Source: a virus
Virus record (IMG/VR): IMGVR_UViG_3300021962_000061
Location: 25,598-89,597 of that record
Length of the DNA stretch: 64,000 nt
Reading direction: 5' to 3' (one strand)
A program made the position numbers and the translations under genes. Position 1 is the first letter of the stretch, and every line of letters starts with the position of its first letter. Below are positions 16,101 to 24,493 of the stretch, in pieces. The notes under the pieces are model-generated. The model had not been told where the DNA came from. It worked only from the letters and a program-made list of their open reading frames with translations, and made no database searches.

Positions 16101-18285
16101 ATGTTGTAGATTTACTTGTAGATTTAGTTGTTGCATAACCTGTGTCGTAGGTAGTGTTAAACACTGTTGCAGTAGAAACATTTGTTTGTCTAGTTGTAAA
16201 TCTACCTGTGTTTGTAATCTTTTGTGTGATAAATGTTGTGTCAATAGTTGTATCAAATACAGATGTTGTATTTTTAGATGTAGCAAAAATAGTATCAAAG
16301 ACTGTTGTAACAACACTAGATGTATCATATCCTGTTTGATAAGTTGTATCAAAGGAAGATGTGGTTGATTTGGAAGTTGTCTTAGTAGTGTTAATTGTTG
16401 TATCAGTTAGAATTGCTGTATCAAACGCACTTACAACAGTTGTGTCGGTGCTATACGCTGTATTAAATGTGCTTAAAATAGTTGTGTCAAATGTACTTAC
16501 AGTATCAAATGTGGTAGTTGTATCAAACGTGGATGTAGTATCATAAGCAGTTGTAGTTGCCACAATAGTAGATGTAGCTTTACTTGTAGCAACACTAGTT
16601 GTTTTGGATGTTGCAGTTGCTCTAGATGTTACAATTACCGTGTCATAAGTTGTATTGTAGGTTGTAGTTGTTGTGTACGTTGTGTTAAACAGTACTGTTG
16701 TCTGCGTTGATCTACCTGTTGCTACTGCTGTACTATAAGATGTTGTGTATGTAGTTGTTGTTGATACGGACGTAGCTCTGGATGTTGCAAAAGCAGTTGA
16801 AGTAGCTTTATTTGTAGCTTTTGAAGTTTCAAAAGTTGTTGTTCTTGCTGTATTAAAAAAGAACGATGTGTCTCTAATTGTATTGGGTACCACAGCTGTA
16901 GTACCAAATGTTGTGTTAAAAAAGAACGATGTATCTCTAACAGTGTTATTTAATACTGTTGTTTGTGTAGATTTTGATGTTGCTGTTTGTTTATTTGCTT
17001 CAAATACTGTTACGGTATATGTAATAAGCTCCTCTTGGAGTTCGGGGTCAAAATAAGATGATACGGTTTCTCTAGAAGTAATAAAGGCTGTAACCGTATT
17101 GAAGGTTGATGTTGTATTGAAGAAGAATGTTGTCTGGAATGTAGTTAATAAAGCTGTATTTGTTGCTTTAGATGTATTAAAAAAGAATGTTGTCTGGAAT
17201 GTAGTAAATAAAGCTGAGGTTGTTAAAAATGTAGTTGTTTTAGATGTATTATATACTGTATTAAACACCGTTGATGTTGATGAGGTTGTATCATATACAG
17301 TTGAATAGCTTGAAGTTGTAGCTTTAGAAGTAGCTGCACTGGTGTCAAATATGCTCAAGTATGATGTTGTTGTTGCCTTTAAACTGCTTGTTGCTTTGGT
17401 TGTATCAGTGGATTTAGATGTCGATTTACTAGTAGCAAAACTTGTGTCAAAAGATGTTGTGGTATTGAAAGTAGTTGTATACTCAGAATCATAAGACGTG
17501 GTTGTAGCTACAGCTGTATCTGTGGATTTAGATGTACTTGTAAGCTTAGATGTTTGTGTTGATTTTGAAGTGCTTGTAGATACAGTTGTGCTATAAGACG
17601 TTTCTCTTGATGTACTTTTTGTTGTATCCGTTGAATAAGATGTTTCTCTAGTTGTTTCATAGGCAGTAGTTGTTTGATATGATGTCTCGTAAGTTGTTGT
17701 ATAAGACGTTGTCGTAGCTTGATTTGTACCTAGAGTTGTTGTTACAAGTGTATTAAATGTAGTAGTTGTGTTCTTAGATGTGGACTGGGATGTATCAAGC
17801 GTAGTAGATGTTATCTTTGTTGTAATATAGGCTGTCGATCGTGATGTATTATAAGCTGTTACGGTATCAACAAGGGTTTCATATGCCGTAATGAATATGC
17901 TGGAAGTTGTCTTGGATGTACTCTTTGTCGTTAATACAAAAGTATCAAACGTCGTATTAAATACAGTTGTTGTTGACTTAGATGTAGAAGTAGCTTTGGA
18001 TGTGTCAATATTAGTTACATACGCTGTAGTCGTTGTGGATGATCTGTCTGTATTGTACAGCGTAATGTATGTTGTTTGAGTTATATAAGCTGTTGCAATT
18101 TCTGTTTGTCTTTGCTGTTGTATTTCAAAAGAAGTTTCAGTAGCAGTTCTCGGAATTGCTTTAGTAATTTCAATCTTGGCACCGGAAGCGGGAGCTGTAA
18201 CAAATACAACATTGTTACCAGTAATAGTATAATTAGTACCTAGTACTTGCGTTATGCCATTGACTTTAACAACTATGCTGCTCAT
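13186..18285 (-). CDS. 1699-aa Thr-rich low-complexity virion protein, predicted extended beta-hairpin filament
   Basis: open 5.1-kb frame between gp7 and gp8 with ATGA overlap to gp7; ~4-residue T-periodic repeats (TSKST, TAYDT, TVFNT). Confidence 0.8.
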   Translation of the reverse strand: MSSIVVKVNGITQVLGTNYTITGNNVVFVTAPASGAKIEITKAIPRTATETSFEIQQQRQTEIATAYITQTTYITLYNTDRSSTTTTAYVTNIDTSKATSTSKSTTTVFNTTFDTFVLTTKSTSKTTSSIFITAYETLVDTVTAYNTSRSTAYITTKITSTTLDTSQSTSKNTTTTFNTLVTTTLGTNQATTTSYTTTYETSYQTTTAYETTRETSYSTDTTKSTSRETSYSTTVSTSTSKSTQTSKLTSTSKSTDTAVATTTSYDSEYTTTFNTTTSFDTSFATSKSTSKSTDTTKATSSLKATTTSYLSIFDTSAATSKATTSSYSTVYDTTSSTSTVFNTVYNTSKTTTFLTTSALFTTFQTTFFFNTSKATNTALLTTFQTTFFFNTTSTFNTVTAFITSRETVSSYFDPELQEELITYTVTVFEANKQTATSKSTQTTVLNNTVRDTSFFFNTTFGTTAVVPNTIRDTSFFFNTARTTTFETSKATNKATSTAFATSRATSVSTTTTYTTSYSTAVATGRSTQTTVLFNTTYTTTTTYNTTYDTVIVTSRATATSKTTSVATSKATSTIVATTTAYDTTSTFDTTTTFDTVSTFDTTILSTFNTAYSTDTTVVSAFDTAILTDTTINTTKTTSKSTTSSFDTTYQTGYDTSSVVTTVFDTIFATSKNTTSVFDTTIDTTFITQKITNTGRFTTRQTNVSTATVFNTTYDTGYATTKSTSKSTTSIFDTTTTYDTGVDESRNTATTFASTTNRSTSRDTDVNTTTTYVILATQTVYSSTYQTQYETVAGIITSVDTNVLTSKVTDTEFVFQNRNTLRDTVVATTNPTLIATTSVYDTVYSSVFVTTYETYNTLVATSKTTASAFNTSLSTNVSTTTAYDSVADTTIDTSTSIATSYETTLSDSRNTDLVKATARTTSSLYNTVVDTEYASQYSTSKSTTTGYVSQFDTSTTFDTSISTSRATALSKGTEVITYFNTSQATDKPTTTSRSTVFVSNFATVSRVTEYSTSTVINTTYDTRRGTEITTVYDSSTEFATAYNTARNTSTSSITSKSTSTVYDTDYITSIETDVITSKNTTTAFDTLSSTVITSSTTYDTNIDTAKTTATAYATNYATTKSTTSTFDTVFSTSVNTSTAFDTGYDTGNQTTTSYITTSSTATTFLTLFRDTALETDVTTSTSKTTATSLGLTSKGTITITSSVTSKATTRSTDIITDTLYPMSGDYDTTTVFETVIGTVYLTTIGTTTSYNTSYQTNSGAGTFVDTTISTSKTTNTTYVTSSGFFTSSTTTTSFNTVINTNPGQTSKDTATTVGTLTVYNTVYDTTFNTTTQYLSAYSTAFETARSTYTNTTLSTSRNTLTTFGTTKSTATSKLTSTTGSTTYKDTSLDTDVTTSTVKNTLTTFNTTTGYDTTLSTSTTFDTTFAITQSSAATTTTFDTVYKDTALDTDVTTSTSKSTTTAFTRYEGGKTTSTDYDTVFLTTPFGSTTFNTTRDTYTSTTTTTAFLTDTAKVTDSILITQFQTATSKTTSTITSITSTAFETSSTTVSALLTTKSTATSKSTLSAVSTQTSTSFLTSTTYNTASGQTQQLTSKSTTTVIDYKDRITEFDTLTDVELTTVFLTGSKLTSRATNILTNTQTFEYVRDTTRTTEVITTFDTVYKDTDLDTTVTTATSIVTDKTTTTAYETAIQTNYDTVYINN
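13191..13198 (-). promoter_or_regulatory. T4-type late promoter TATAAATA
   Basis: exact match immediately upstream of gp8. Confidence 0.65.
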
Positions 18286-20243
18286 GCCCCACCAGGAATA
18301 GAGTATGCGTTTGTACTACCATCACCAACAAAACCCCTACCAGAATAGCCTGTTGTTGCTGATGTTACCTCACTAGAAATCAATACACGACCAAACTTTT
18401 CAACACCTGCAGGGTGCCACAACTTTCTTAGTAAGTCACTATACTTGTCAAATACAATAGAGGATCTTACTTCGTATGAAAAATCTTGGTAGTAAAAACT
18501 ATCGTGTATGTACTTATCTGAGTTTAAAAATCCTCTAGTGGATTTAAATCTACCTTCACCTTCACCTTGCTTGAGCACCTCAAGAGTACCTGTACCTTCT
18601 AGTTGGGTGTTTGCCAGTGACACAAGAGTAACAAATTCATTTGGCTCATATCCAAACCCCGAATCAGTAATTTTAACAGCACCAACAGCGTCTGTACCAA
18701 ATCCTGTTAATGCTGTAATTACAGCATTGTTGCCAAGATAACCATTACCACTTTCTCCTCTGCCAGCTTCGTGTTGAACATCAAGCAACTTCAAAGTTGA
18801 TATAATAGTATCTACTGCTTTCACTTGAAGATTAGTGGTATAGCCTGAGCCAGGGTTGACAGTTTTTAGACGTCCAATGGTGCCCACTAAATAGTTTTGA
18901 AATCCTAAAGCATCCTTCAGAAGTGTATCAAAACCAGCTTCAACATTGGATGATAATCCATATCCATTTGCTGTAGGATAAGACAATTGGCCAATTATCA
19001 TATTAGTGACATTGTTAGCTGTACCAATATAAGTTGTTGTTTGCCCGAGAGCTGAAATTTTTAGTGGAGATGTAAATAGGTTGTGCGTGTCTACTAATGT
19101 TTGGATCGCCAAGTTTGCTTCTTCCCCACCGCCGGCTATTTCAGCATCAAGTATAGCCGCCACACCAACACTTGGACTACTTGATGTATTAATAACACTG
19201 ATCACTACAGTGTTTGCGTTTAAGAAACCATTACCACCATTTGTTAGTGATATTGTTACAATACCACCCACAGTATTTGTACTGACGTTTGCTATTGCAT
19301 TAATAGAGCCGTTTGAAAGAATAACAATATCACTGTTGTCATAGCCAGAACCACCCGATGTTATGATTACATTTGTTACAGGACCTGTAATTTGAAATTC
19401 TGTGTTATCAATAGTATAGCCGCTACCACCATCAAGTAATCTAAAACTTACTGTGCCGTCTCTTTCTTCTAATTGTGTAACAACTGCTTTACACCCCTTG
19501 CCCTTACCTCTAACTTCTAGCTCATCTCCTAGATTAAAACCAAACCCTGTTTGGATTCCTGTTATTGATGTGGCTGAACCAATGATTTGAGGGGAGTTGA
19601 TAGCACTAACAGCGGGTTCCGTGCCTTCAGGTAAGCGGGCTTGGTCAATTAAAACGGTTTCATCGTTTCGGAAGTTTCCTTCAACATCTGTCAAATAAAA
19701 TATGTTAATGTTTTTATTATTAATATATTTTGTTTGAAATCTTTCTACATAAGCTCTTGCACCAGATACACGCCCAACAATAAACTCACCAACAAATAAT
19801 GAATTGAAAGGCTTATAGGATACTTCAAGGTAGATGTTCTGCCCCCATTCACCATCAGAAAGTCTGAAGACATCGTCACCTGGTTTGTATACACTTATAC
19901 TATCACCAAATAACAATTGAAATAATAGTTTTAAACCACGCTCGGTTCCCTTTGAACCATATACTTCTTTAATATGTTTCTGGAGTAGCTGCTTATCGCC
20001 TGAAATATCTTCAGGAATTGGAAACATGTATTTTTTCTTAAACTCATTAATAAAGACATCAATTGTTTTATCAATATCTCTATATTCCAACAATCTTCTT
20101 GAATCATAAAGAATTTGATCTTGAGATTCTAACCACTCGAAGTATGCTTTAACAAAAGCAATAAACAACGGACCTTCATCTCTGTAGATAGAAGGAAATT
20201 GATCGGCAATAAATGGAGAAATGAATCTTTCTATTTGCTTCAT
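18282..20243 (-). CDS. gp7: baseplate wedge initiator gp7-like
   Basis: QFP..YR.E.PLF.AF.KAYFEWLE, Y.SKGTE..LKLLF.LLF, IHDSFYYQDFSYEVRS, HPAG...FG; lies between gp6 and gp8. Confidence 0.8.
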   Translation of the reverse strand: MKQIERFISPFIADQFPSIYRDEGPLFIAFVKAYFEWLESQDQILYDSRRLLEYRDIDKTIDVFINEFKKKYMFPIPEDISGDKQLLQKHIKEVYGSKGTERGLKLLFQLLFGDSISVYKPGDDVFRLSDGEWGQNIYLEVSYKPFNSLFVGEFIVGRVSGARAYVERFQTKYINNKNINIFYLTDVEGNFRNDETVLIDQARLPEGTEPAVSAINSPQIIGSATSITGIQTGFGFNLGDELEVRGKGKGCKAVVTQLEERDGTVSFRLLDGGSGYTIDNTEFQITGPVTNVIITSGGSGYDNSDIVILSNGSINAIANVSTNTVGGIVTISLTNGGNGFLNANTVVISVINTSSSPSVGVAAILDAEIAGGGEEANLAIQTLVDTHNLFTSPLKISALGQTTTYIGTANNVTNMIIGQLSYPTANGYGLSSNVEAGFDTLLKDALGFQNYLVGTIGRLKTVNPGSGYTTNLQVKAVDTIISTLKLLDVQHEAGRGESGNGYLGNNAVITALTGFGTDAVGAVKITDSGFGYEPNEFVTLVSLANTQLEGTGTLEVLKQGEGEGRFKSTRGFLNSDKYIHDSFYYQDFSYEVRSSIVFDKYSDLLRKLWHPAGVEKFGRVLISSEVTSATTGYSGRGFVGDGSTNAYSIPGGA

Positions 20244-22039
20244 TATTCTCTGATACCATTTACGGTTACAGTAAGATATTCGTCACTGAGCTGTAATATT
20301 TTATTTGCTTTTGTTTCAATATCAAAATTTTGTGTCTTAGCATATATGCTAATGTATGACCCGTCAAAATCTTCGTATGTTATTTCACTGATAGTTAATA
20401 ATCCTGTTGCATAATCAATTGTACCCACTTTATCAGCTAGCAATACAATTTCATTATTAATTACCGCAACTACCATCAAGTTACCTTGACCATCATCCTT
20501 TATTCTTGCCTGATAATCTACATTGCCAATACTATACGTGAATACAGAAGTTTCAATTGAAGGTTGAGTAGTTTCATAAATTTTTCTTGTTGTTAGATTT
20601 TCAGTCTTGATTTGATTTTCAAACGAGAATGAAACTCTTGTTGCCACACCCTTCTCTATAATAACTTGTTTGACTAATCTTAATTGGGTATTATTGCTGA
20701 TGATAGCGTCTTCACTATCATCTATTGCTTTACATAGTTTGGAGAATCTTAAATCTGACCCAAACTTTTCAAGATTATCTGAACCCCAAGTTAGTATTGT
20801 TGACTCAACAAGCGACTGGATATCTCTTGCTGATCTACTTGTATTATTGATGTTGTAAAGAACATTGGTTACTACTTCTGCTAGAAAATAATCTGGATCT
20901 ACTACTACAGGATCAATTGATATCGATGTTCTTTCCTTCAAGAAATTATAAATTTGTGTTTTTAATGAAGCAGGTAACTTGGTTGTACCAATTGGTTTGG
21001 CTGCAACAATTACCTTACCATACTGCTTTGGTTCCGTCTCTTCACCACCATATGCTGTCACAACTTGGAGAGATGGGAATTCTTGTCTTGTTAAGATAAT
21101 AAAATCTTCTACAGTAACAGCCCTATTCTGAGTTGGGAAGTATCTTGGAGCATTAAATTTAATTTCATTATCTGTCTCGTGTTCTGCACCACCTTGAGCT
21201 GCCGTGACAGTTGTTACAGTAATACCAGTATATCCATCAATTGGTGTTGGTGCAGTGAATGTATTGACACCATTACCATCAATGCCATTGGTTTCTCTAT
21301 AGTTAACAGTGATAACATTGCCATCCACCAATTTTTTACCAATGCTACCATTACCAAACACAAGCTCAAACAAATGGTCTTCAGCACCTTGAACAAAGAA
21401 TATCTCAGCAGTGCTATCTAAGCCAAATAGGAATGTCTCTTTATTCCATGTTCGCTCAGTTGTTGAGCTCGTAGAATCTTTAACAGTTACGCTTATTGAT
21501 GAAGTATCAACATTAGCTGATTGTAGAAGATATCTTGCTGAGTTGTTAGCGATGAATATTTCTCTTACGATATTACCTTCATACACACCAACGTTGGCAG
21601 CTTTATAAACGCCGTTCTCTGGTCTAATAACTAAGGTTTCGTTTGTTGTAAAATAGTAGGTTGTACCATTTTCTGTCCTACCATTAATTTCATAATACTT
21701 TGGTATTGTGATAGAATCAGGGGAATCAGTGGGCACAACTGTAAAATTAACGTAGGCAACGGCTGATGTTCTTGATCTTGGGGTGTAATTTAACTCTTTA
21801 GAATGCGATACAATTGATTCCCTAAGTGTTGCTGTATCAAGAAACATTTCGCTGCCTACCATGTTGAGGTAGACGCCATTCATATATGTGTTATAAGCTA
21901 ACACATCTAATAATACAGAAAGATTGGACCCTTCAAAATCGTAGTCTTTAAAAACATCTTGTTGGGATAAAAATGTCTTTAGTCTAGATTTATAGTTTTG
22001 AAAATCTAACTCAGTAGTTGTTAAGAAACCATTAGCCAT
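20243..22039 (-). CDS. gp6: baseplate wedge protein gp6
   Basis: ELDF...K..LK.FL..Q..FKDYDFEGSNLSVLLDVLAYNT, QNRAVT..D, GGEE..P..YGKV. Confidence 0.92.
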   Translation of the reverse strand: MANGFLTTTELDFQNYKSRLKTFLSQQDVFKDYDFEGSNLSVLLDVLAYNTYMNGVYLNMVGSEMFLDTATLRESIVSHSKELNYTPRSRTSAVAYVNFTVVPTDSPDSITIPKYYEINGRTENGTTYYFTTNETLVIRPENGVYKAANVGVYEGNIVREIFIANNSARYLLQSANVDTSSISVTVKDSTSSTTERTWNKETFLFGLDSTAEIFFVQGAEDHLFELVFGNGSIGKKLVDGNVITVNYRETNGIDGNGVNTFTAPTPIDGYTGITVTTVTAAQGGAEHETDNEIKFNAPRYFPTQNRAVTVEDFIILTRQEFPSLQVVTAYGGEETEPKQYGKVIVAAKPIGTTKLPASLKTQIYNFLKERTSISIDPVVVDPDYFLAEVVTNVLYNINNTSRSARDIQSLVESTILTWGSDNLEKFGSDLRFSKLCKAIDDSEDAIISNNTQLRLVKQVIIEKGVATRVSFSFENQIKTENLTTRKIYETTQPSIETSVFTYSIGNVDYQARIKDDGQGNLMVVAVINNEIVLLADKVGTIDYATGLLTISEITYEDFDGSYISIYAKTQNFDIETKANKILQLSDEYLTVTVNGIRE

Positions 22040-22040
22040 G

Positions 22041-22463
22041 TTATCTTACCCTATCTAATAGAAAATCCAGAGTCTGGACATCTTCTGATGTGTCCATTCT
22101 GAATCGTATTGTAACATTATACGAGTTTGTGTCGTAGTTTGCCTGAACTACTACCTGTTCTAGAATAGCTCGAGGCTCATAGTTTTCAATCACTTCCGTA
22201 ATATAATCTTCAACAATCGATTCAGTTAGAGGTGTCGCCGGCGAAAATAGTAATGATCTTAGGTTGCCGCCAATCTCAGGATCAAGTAATCTTTCAAACT
22301 TATCAGTTAACACTAAGGATTTAACCGATCTTTTAACTGAGTCAACGTCTGTTAATCTATTAACATCTTTTGAAAAGGGATTATAACCAAATCCTATACT
22401 CACATCTGAGTACTTGGCATTAGTCTTTGCAAATGTAGATGTTGTTTTGATGTAATTAGACAT
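22041..22463 (-). CDS. gp25: baseplate wedge protein gp25
   Basis: VKRSVKSLVLT...ER..DP.IG..L..LLF, I.NYEPR; adjacent to gp6. Confidence 0.9.
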   Translation of the reverse strand: MSNYIKTTSTFAKTNAKYSDVSIGFGYNPFSKDVNRLTDVDSVKRSVKSLVLTDKFERLLDPEIGGNLRSLLFSPATPLTESIVEDYITEVIENYEPRAILEQVVVQANYDTNSYNVTIRFRMDTSEDVQTLDFLLDRVR

Positions 22464-22483
22464 TTAAAGCCTCTTAATCTGAT

Positions 22484-22491
22484 TATTTATA
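22484..22491 (-). promoter_or_regulatory. T4-type late promoter TATAAATA
   Basis: exact match in the intergenic gap upstream of gp25. Confidence 0.7.
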
Positions 22492-22818
22492 TTAACCATT
22501 TGCAAAGACATTATGTGAACCCTCAGCAATGACATTTTGTTCTGGAGTGCCAGTACCATAATGATCATCTTGTCTACCAATTTGCTTGTTGCCAATAAAG
22601 ACATTTGGAGAGTATTTGTCTAAAACAGATTGATCCACTTCACACCCCTTTCTTTTATGTTCTGCTATTTTATTGCCCTTGACGGGTATTAATTTAAAAT
22701 TAGCATATACATAACTGCTGTTAACCTCTCCAACTGCTGTGTTGACAGGGTTTCCACACTGATGGCCTTGACCAGTAGGTGATTGTACTCTATCTCCCTC
22801 TCTTGCTACAGCTGGCAT
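22492..22818 (-). CDS. PAAR-like spike tip protein (gp5.4-like)
   Basis: MPAVAREGD start, His/Cys ligands, EGSHNVFANG end; directly after gp5. Confidence 0.8.
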   Translation of the reverse strand: MPAVAREGDRVQSPTGQGHQCGNPVNTAVGEVNSSYVYANFKLIPVKGNKIAEHKRKGCEVDQSVLDKYSPNVFIGNKQIGRQDDHYGTGTPEQNVIAEGSHNVFANG

Positions 22819-24491
22819 TATGCTACCGCCGTTGGTTTGAGATCTACTAATTTATTCCGTGCATAGGTGCTGTGGTTATTGAATGTTGCAAGTGGTAATC
22901 CGCTCTTAGAAACGCCATCACCATACGCAATGTGAATCCACCCCGAACCCCCATTTGTTGTATATTCTAATAAAAATTGCTTTGCAATTTTACCAACAAG
23001 TGGGTATATTTTCTGAGCAGCTTGGTAATTTGACATACCATGTACCTTAATATCCACTGCTCTACCAATATCGTGGTCAGACACTTTACCACTTGCGGAA
23101 ACACCAGTTTTTCCTGATTCCCTAAATGCAGAAGTAATAGTGAATCTAAAACCAGCTGCCTTAATAGGTTCAAGAATATTTTCTGCTAGTTTGACCAGAT
23201 TGCAAAGTATATCAGACTCACTCTGTCCACCCTGAGCTCTCAGTTTTCTTGTTCCCCCTTGTGTCATATCAGCAAGCGTGAAGTTTTTTGAAATTTTTAC
23301 TTGTTTGTAATCATCCTTAAGTTGGATAGCACCACAAGAAACATCTTTCTTCTCACCACCAGCAGGAGGTGTTGATGATTCCCCTTCTGCTGGTGGTGTA
23401 GTATCAATAGGGGGAAACCCTGCCTCTACTCTTAATGCATTGATCTGTTCTGGTGTCTTTTCTACATCATCTTCTACAGCAAGTAGTTCAAATACAGTAG
23501 GCCCACCAGAGCTCTTAGTAATTGCTTCAGGTGGCTTGATGGTATCTAGTGGTTTGGCAGTTGGCTTATTAAAATGAACTTGACTACCTTGTAGTTCTAC
23601 ATTACCGCCAGAGTATATAATAGCGTTACCACCTGAATCAATATTTGTGGCACCACCAACAGCAACATCAAAATTGCCACCAATATCCATTCTTAAATTA
23701 CCACCAACTCTCCATGTAGCATCACCAGTTGTTGAGATATTTGTATTTGCACCAGCTAGAATGTTAACAGACCCAACAACAGACATATTCATGTTACCAC
23801 CAGTATATGTGTTTTCGTTATTGAACACAATCTGGTAACGACTATTAGCACATCTATATACTGTTGAGCCATCTGGATGGAATTCAATAAACGAACCCTT
23901 CCTATGGAAAATTTGAACTCTTTCAGACGTTGGTGTATCATCCAATTCAATTACATGGCCACTATTAGTTTCCATTACATGGTTGAATGGATACCTTGCA
24001 TCAAATTGGGAAATTGGTTCTGAAAATTTTGTACCATCAGCAGCTGGTACTGCAGCCGTGGCTGATGACTTACTATAGGCTACTGCATTTCTATCAGCAG
24101 TACCTTCCTCACCTCTAGCTAGTCTTGAATTTGTTCCTTCATTAATAAACCTTGGATATGTCCCAGATGGGTCGTAGAATCCTTCTGAGGTGACTGCTTG
24201 TGTTTCAGGTATACTAACAATTGAGCCAAGAACAATAGGTTGCTGCGCAAGTTCACCATCCACAAAAAAGCCAACAACCCAATCACCTTGGTTAACAAGT
24301 GGGGCTGACATAGCTGCTGTAGATGATACAAATGGTGCCCAAGGTAAGTCGCTTGTTGGCAATAATGCTTTATCTTTTGTGTGATAACCAATACATCTCA
24401 CTTTCACTCTGTTGATTAGTAAGGGATCGTTAACATCCTCAACTACACCCATAAACCATGTCATTGCTCTAAACTGTGCTTGCCCTTCCAT
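22818..24491 (-). CDS. gp5: baseplate hub/spike gp5 with C-terminal peptidase M15 domain
   Basis: WF.GVVEDV.DP....RVKVR..G.H OB fold, YPFNHV.ET.SGH..E.DDTP..ER, beta-helix repeats, then ITSAFR..SDH..GRAVD..WIH. Confidence 0.88.
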   Translation of the reverse strand: MEGQAQFRAMTWFMGVVEDVNDPLLINRVKVRCIGYHTKDKALLPTSDLPWAPFVSSTAAMSAPLVNQGDWVVGFFVDGELAQQPIVLGSIVSIPETQAVTSEGFYDPSGTYPRFINEGTNSRLARGEEGTADRNAVAYSKSSATAAVPAADGTKFSEPISQFDARYPFNHVMETNSGHVIELDDTPTSERVQIFHRKGSFIEFHPDGSTVYRCANSRYQIVFNNENTYTGGNMNMSVVGSVNILAGANTNISTTGDATWRVGGNLRMDIGGNFDVAVGGATNIDSGGNAIIYSGGNVELQGSQVHFNKPTAKPLDTIKPPEAITKSSGGPTVFELLAVEDDVEKTPEQINALRVEAGFPPIDTTPPAEGESSTPPAGGEKKDVSCGAIQLKDDYKQVKISKNFTLADMTQGGTRKLRAQGGQSESDILCNLVKLAENILEPIKAAGFRFTITSAFRESGKTGVSASGKVSDHDIGRAVDIKVHGMSNYQAAQKIYPLVGKIAKQFLLEYTTNGGSGWIHIAYGDGVSKSGLPLATFNNHSTYARNKLVDLKPTAVA

Positions 24492-24493
24492 AA

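Noticed and set aside
13253-18079. Many plus-strand Val-rich ORFs
   Set aside because: Antisense shadows of Thr (ACN) codons in the 1699-aa gene; no RBS or family motifs.
13186-18285. Repetitive DNA as a CRISPR array, satellite or DNA palindrome
   Set aside because: No fixed-length identical repeats with unique spacers; repetition and mirror symmetry are at the protein level with synonymous variation.
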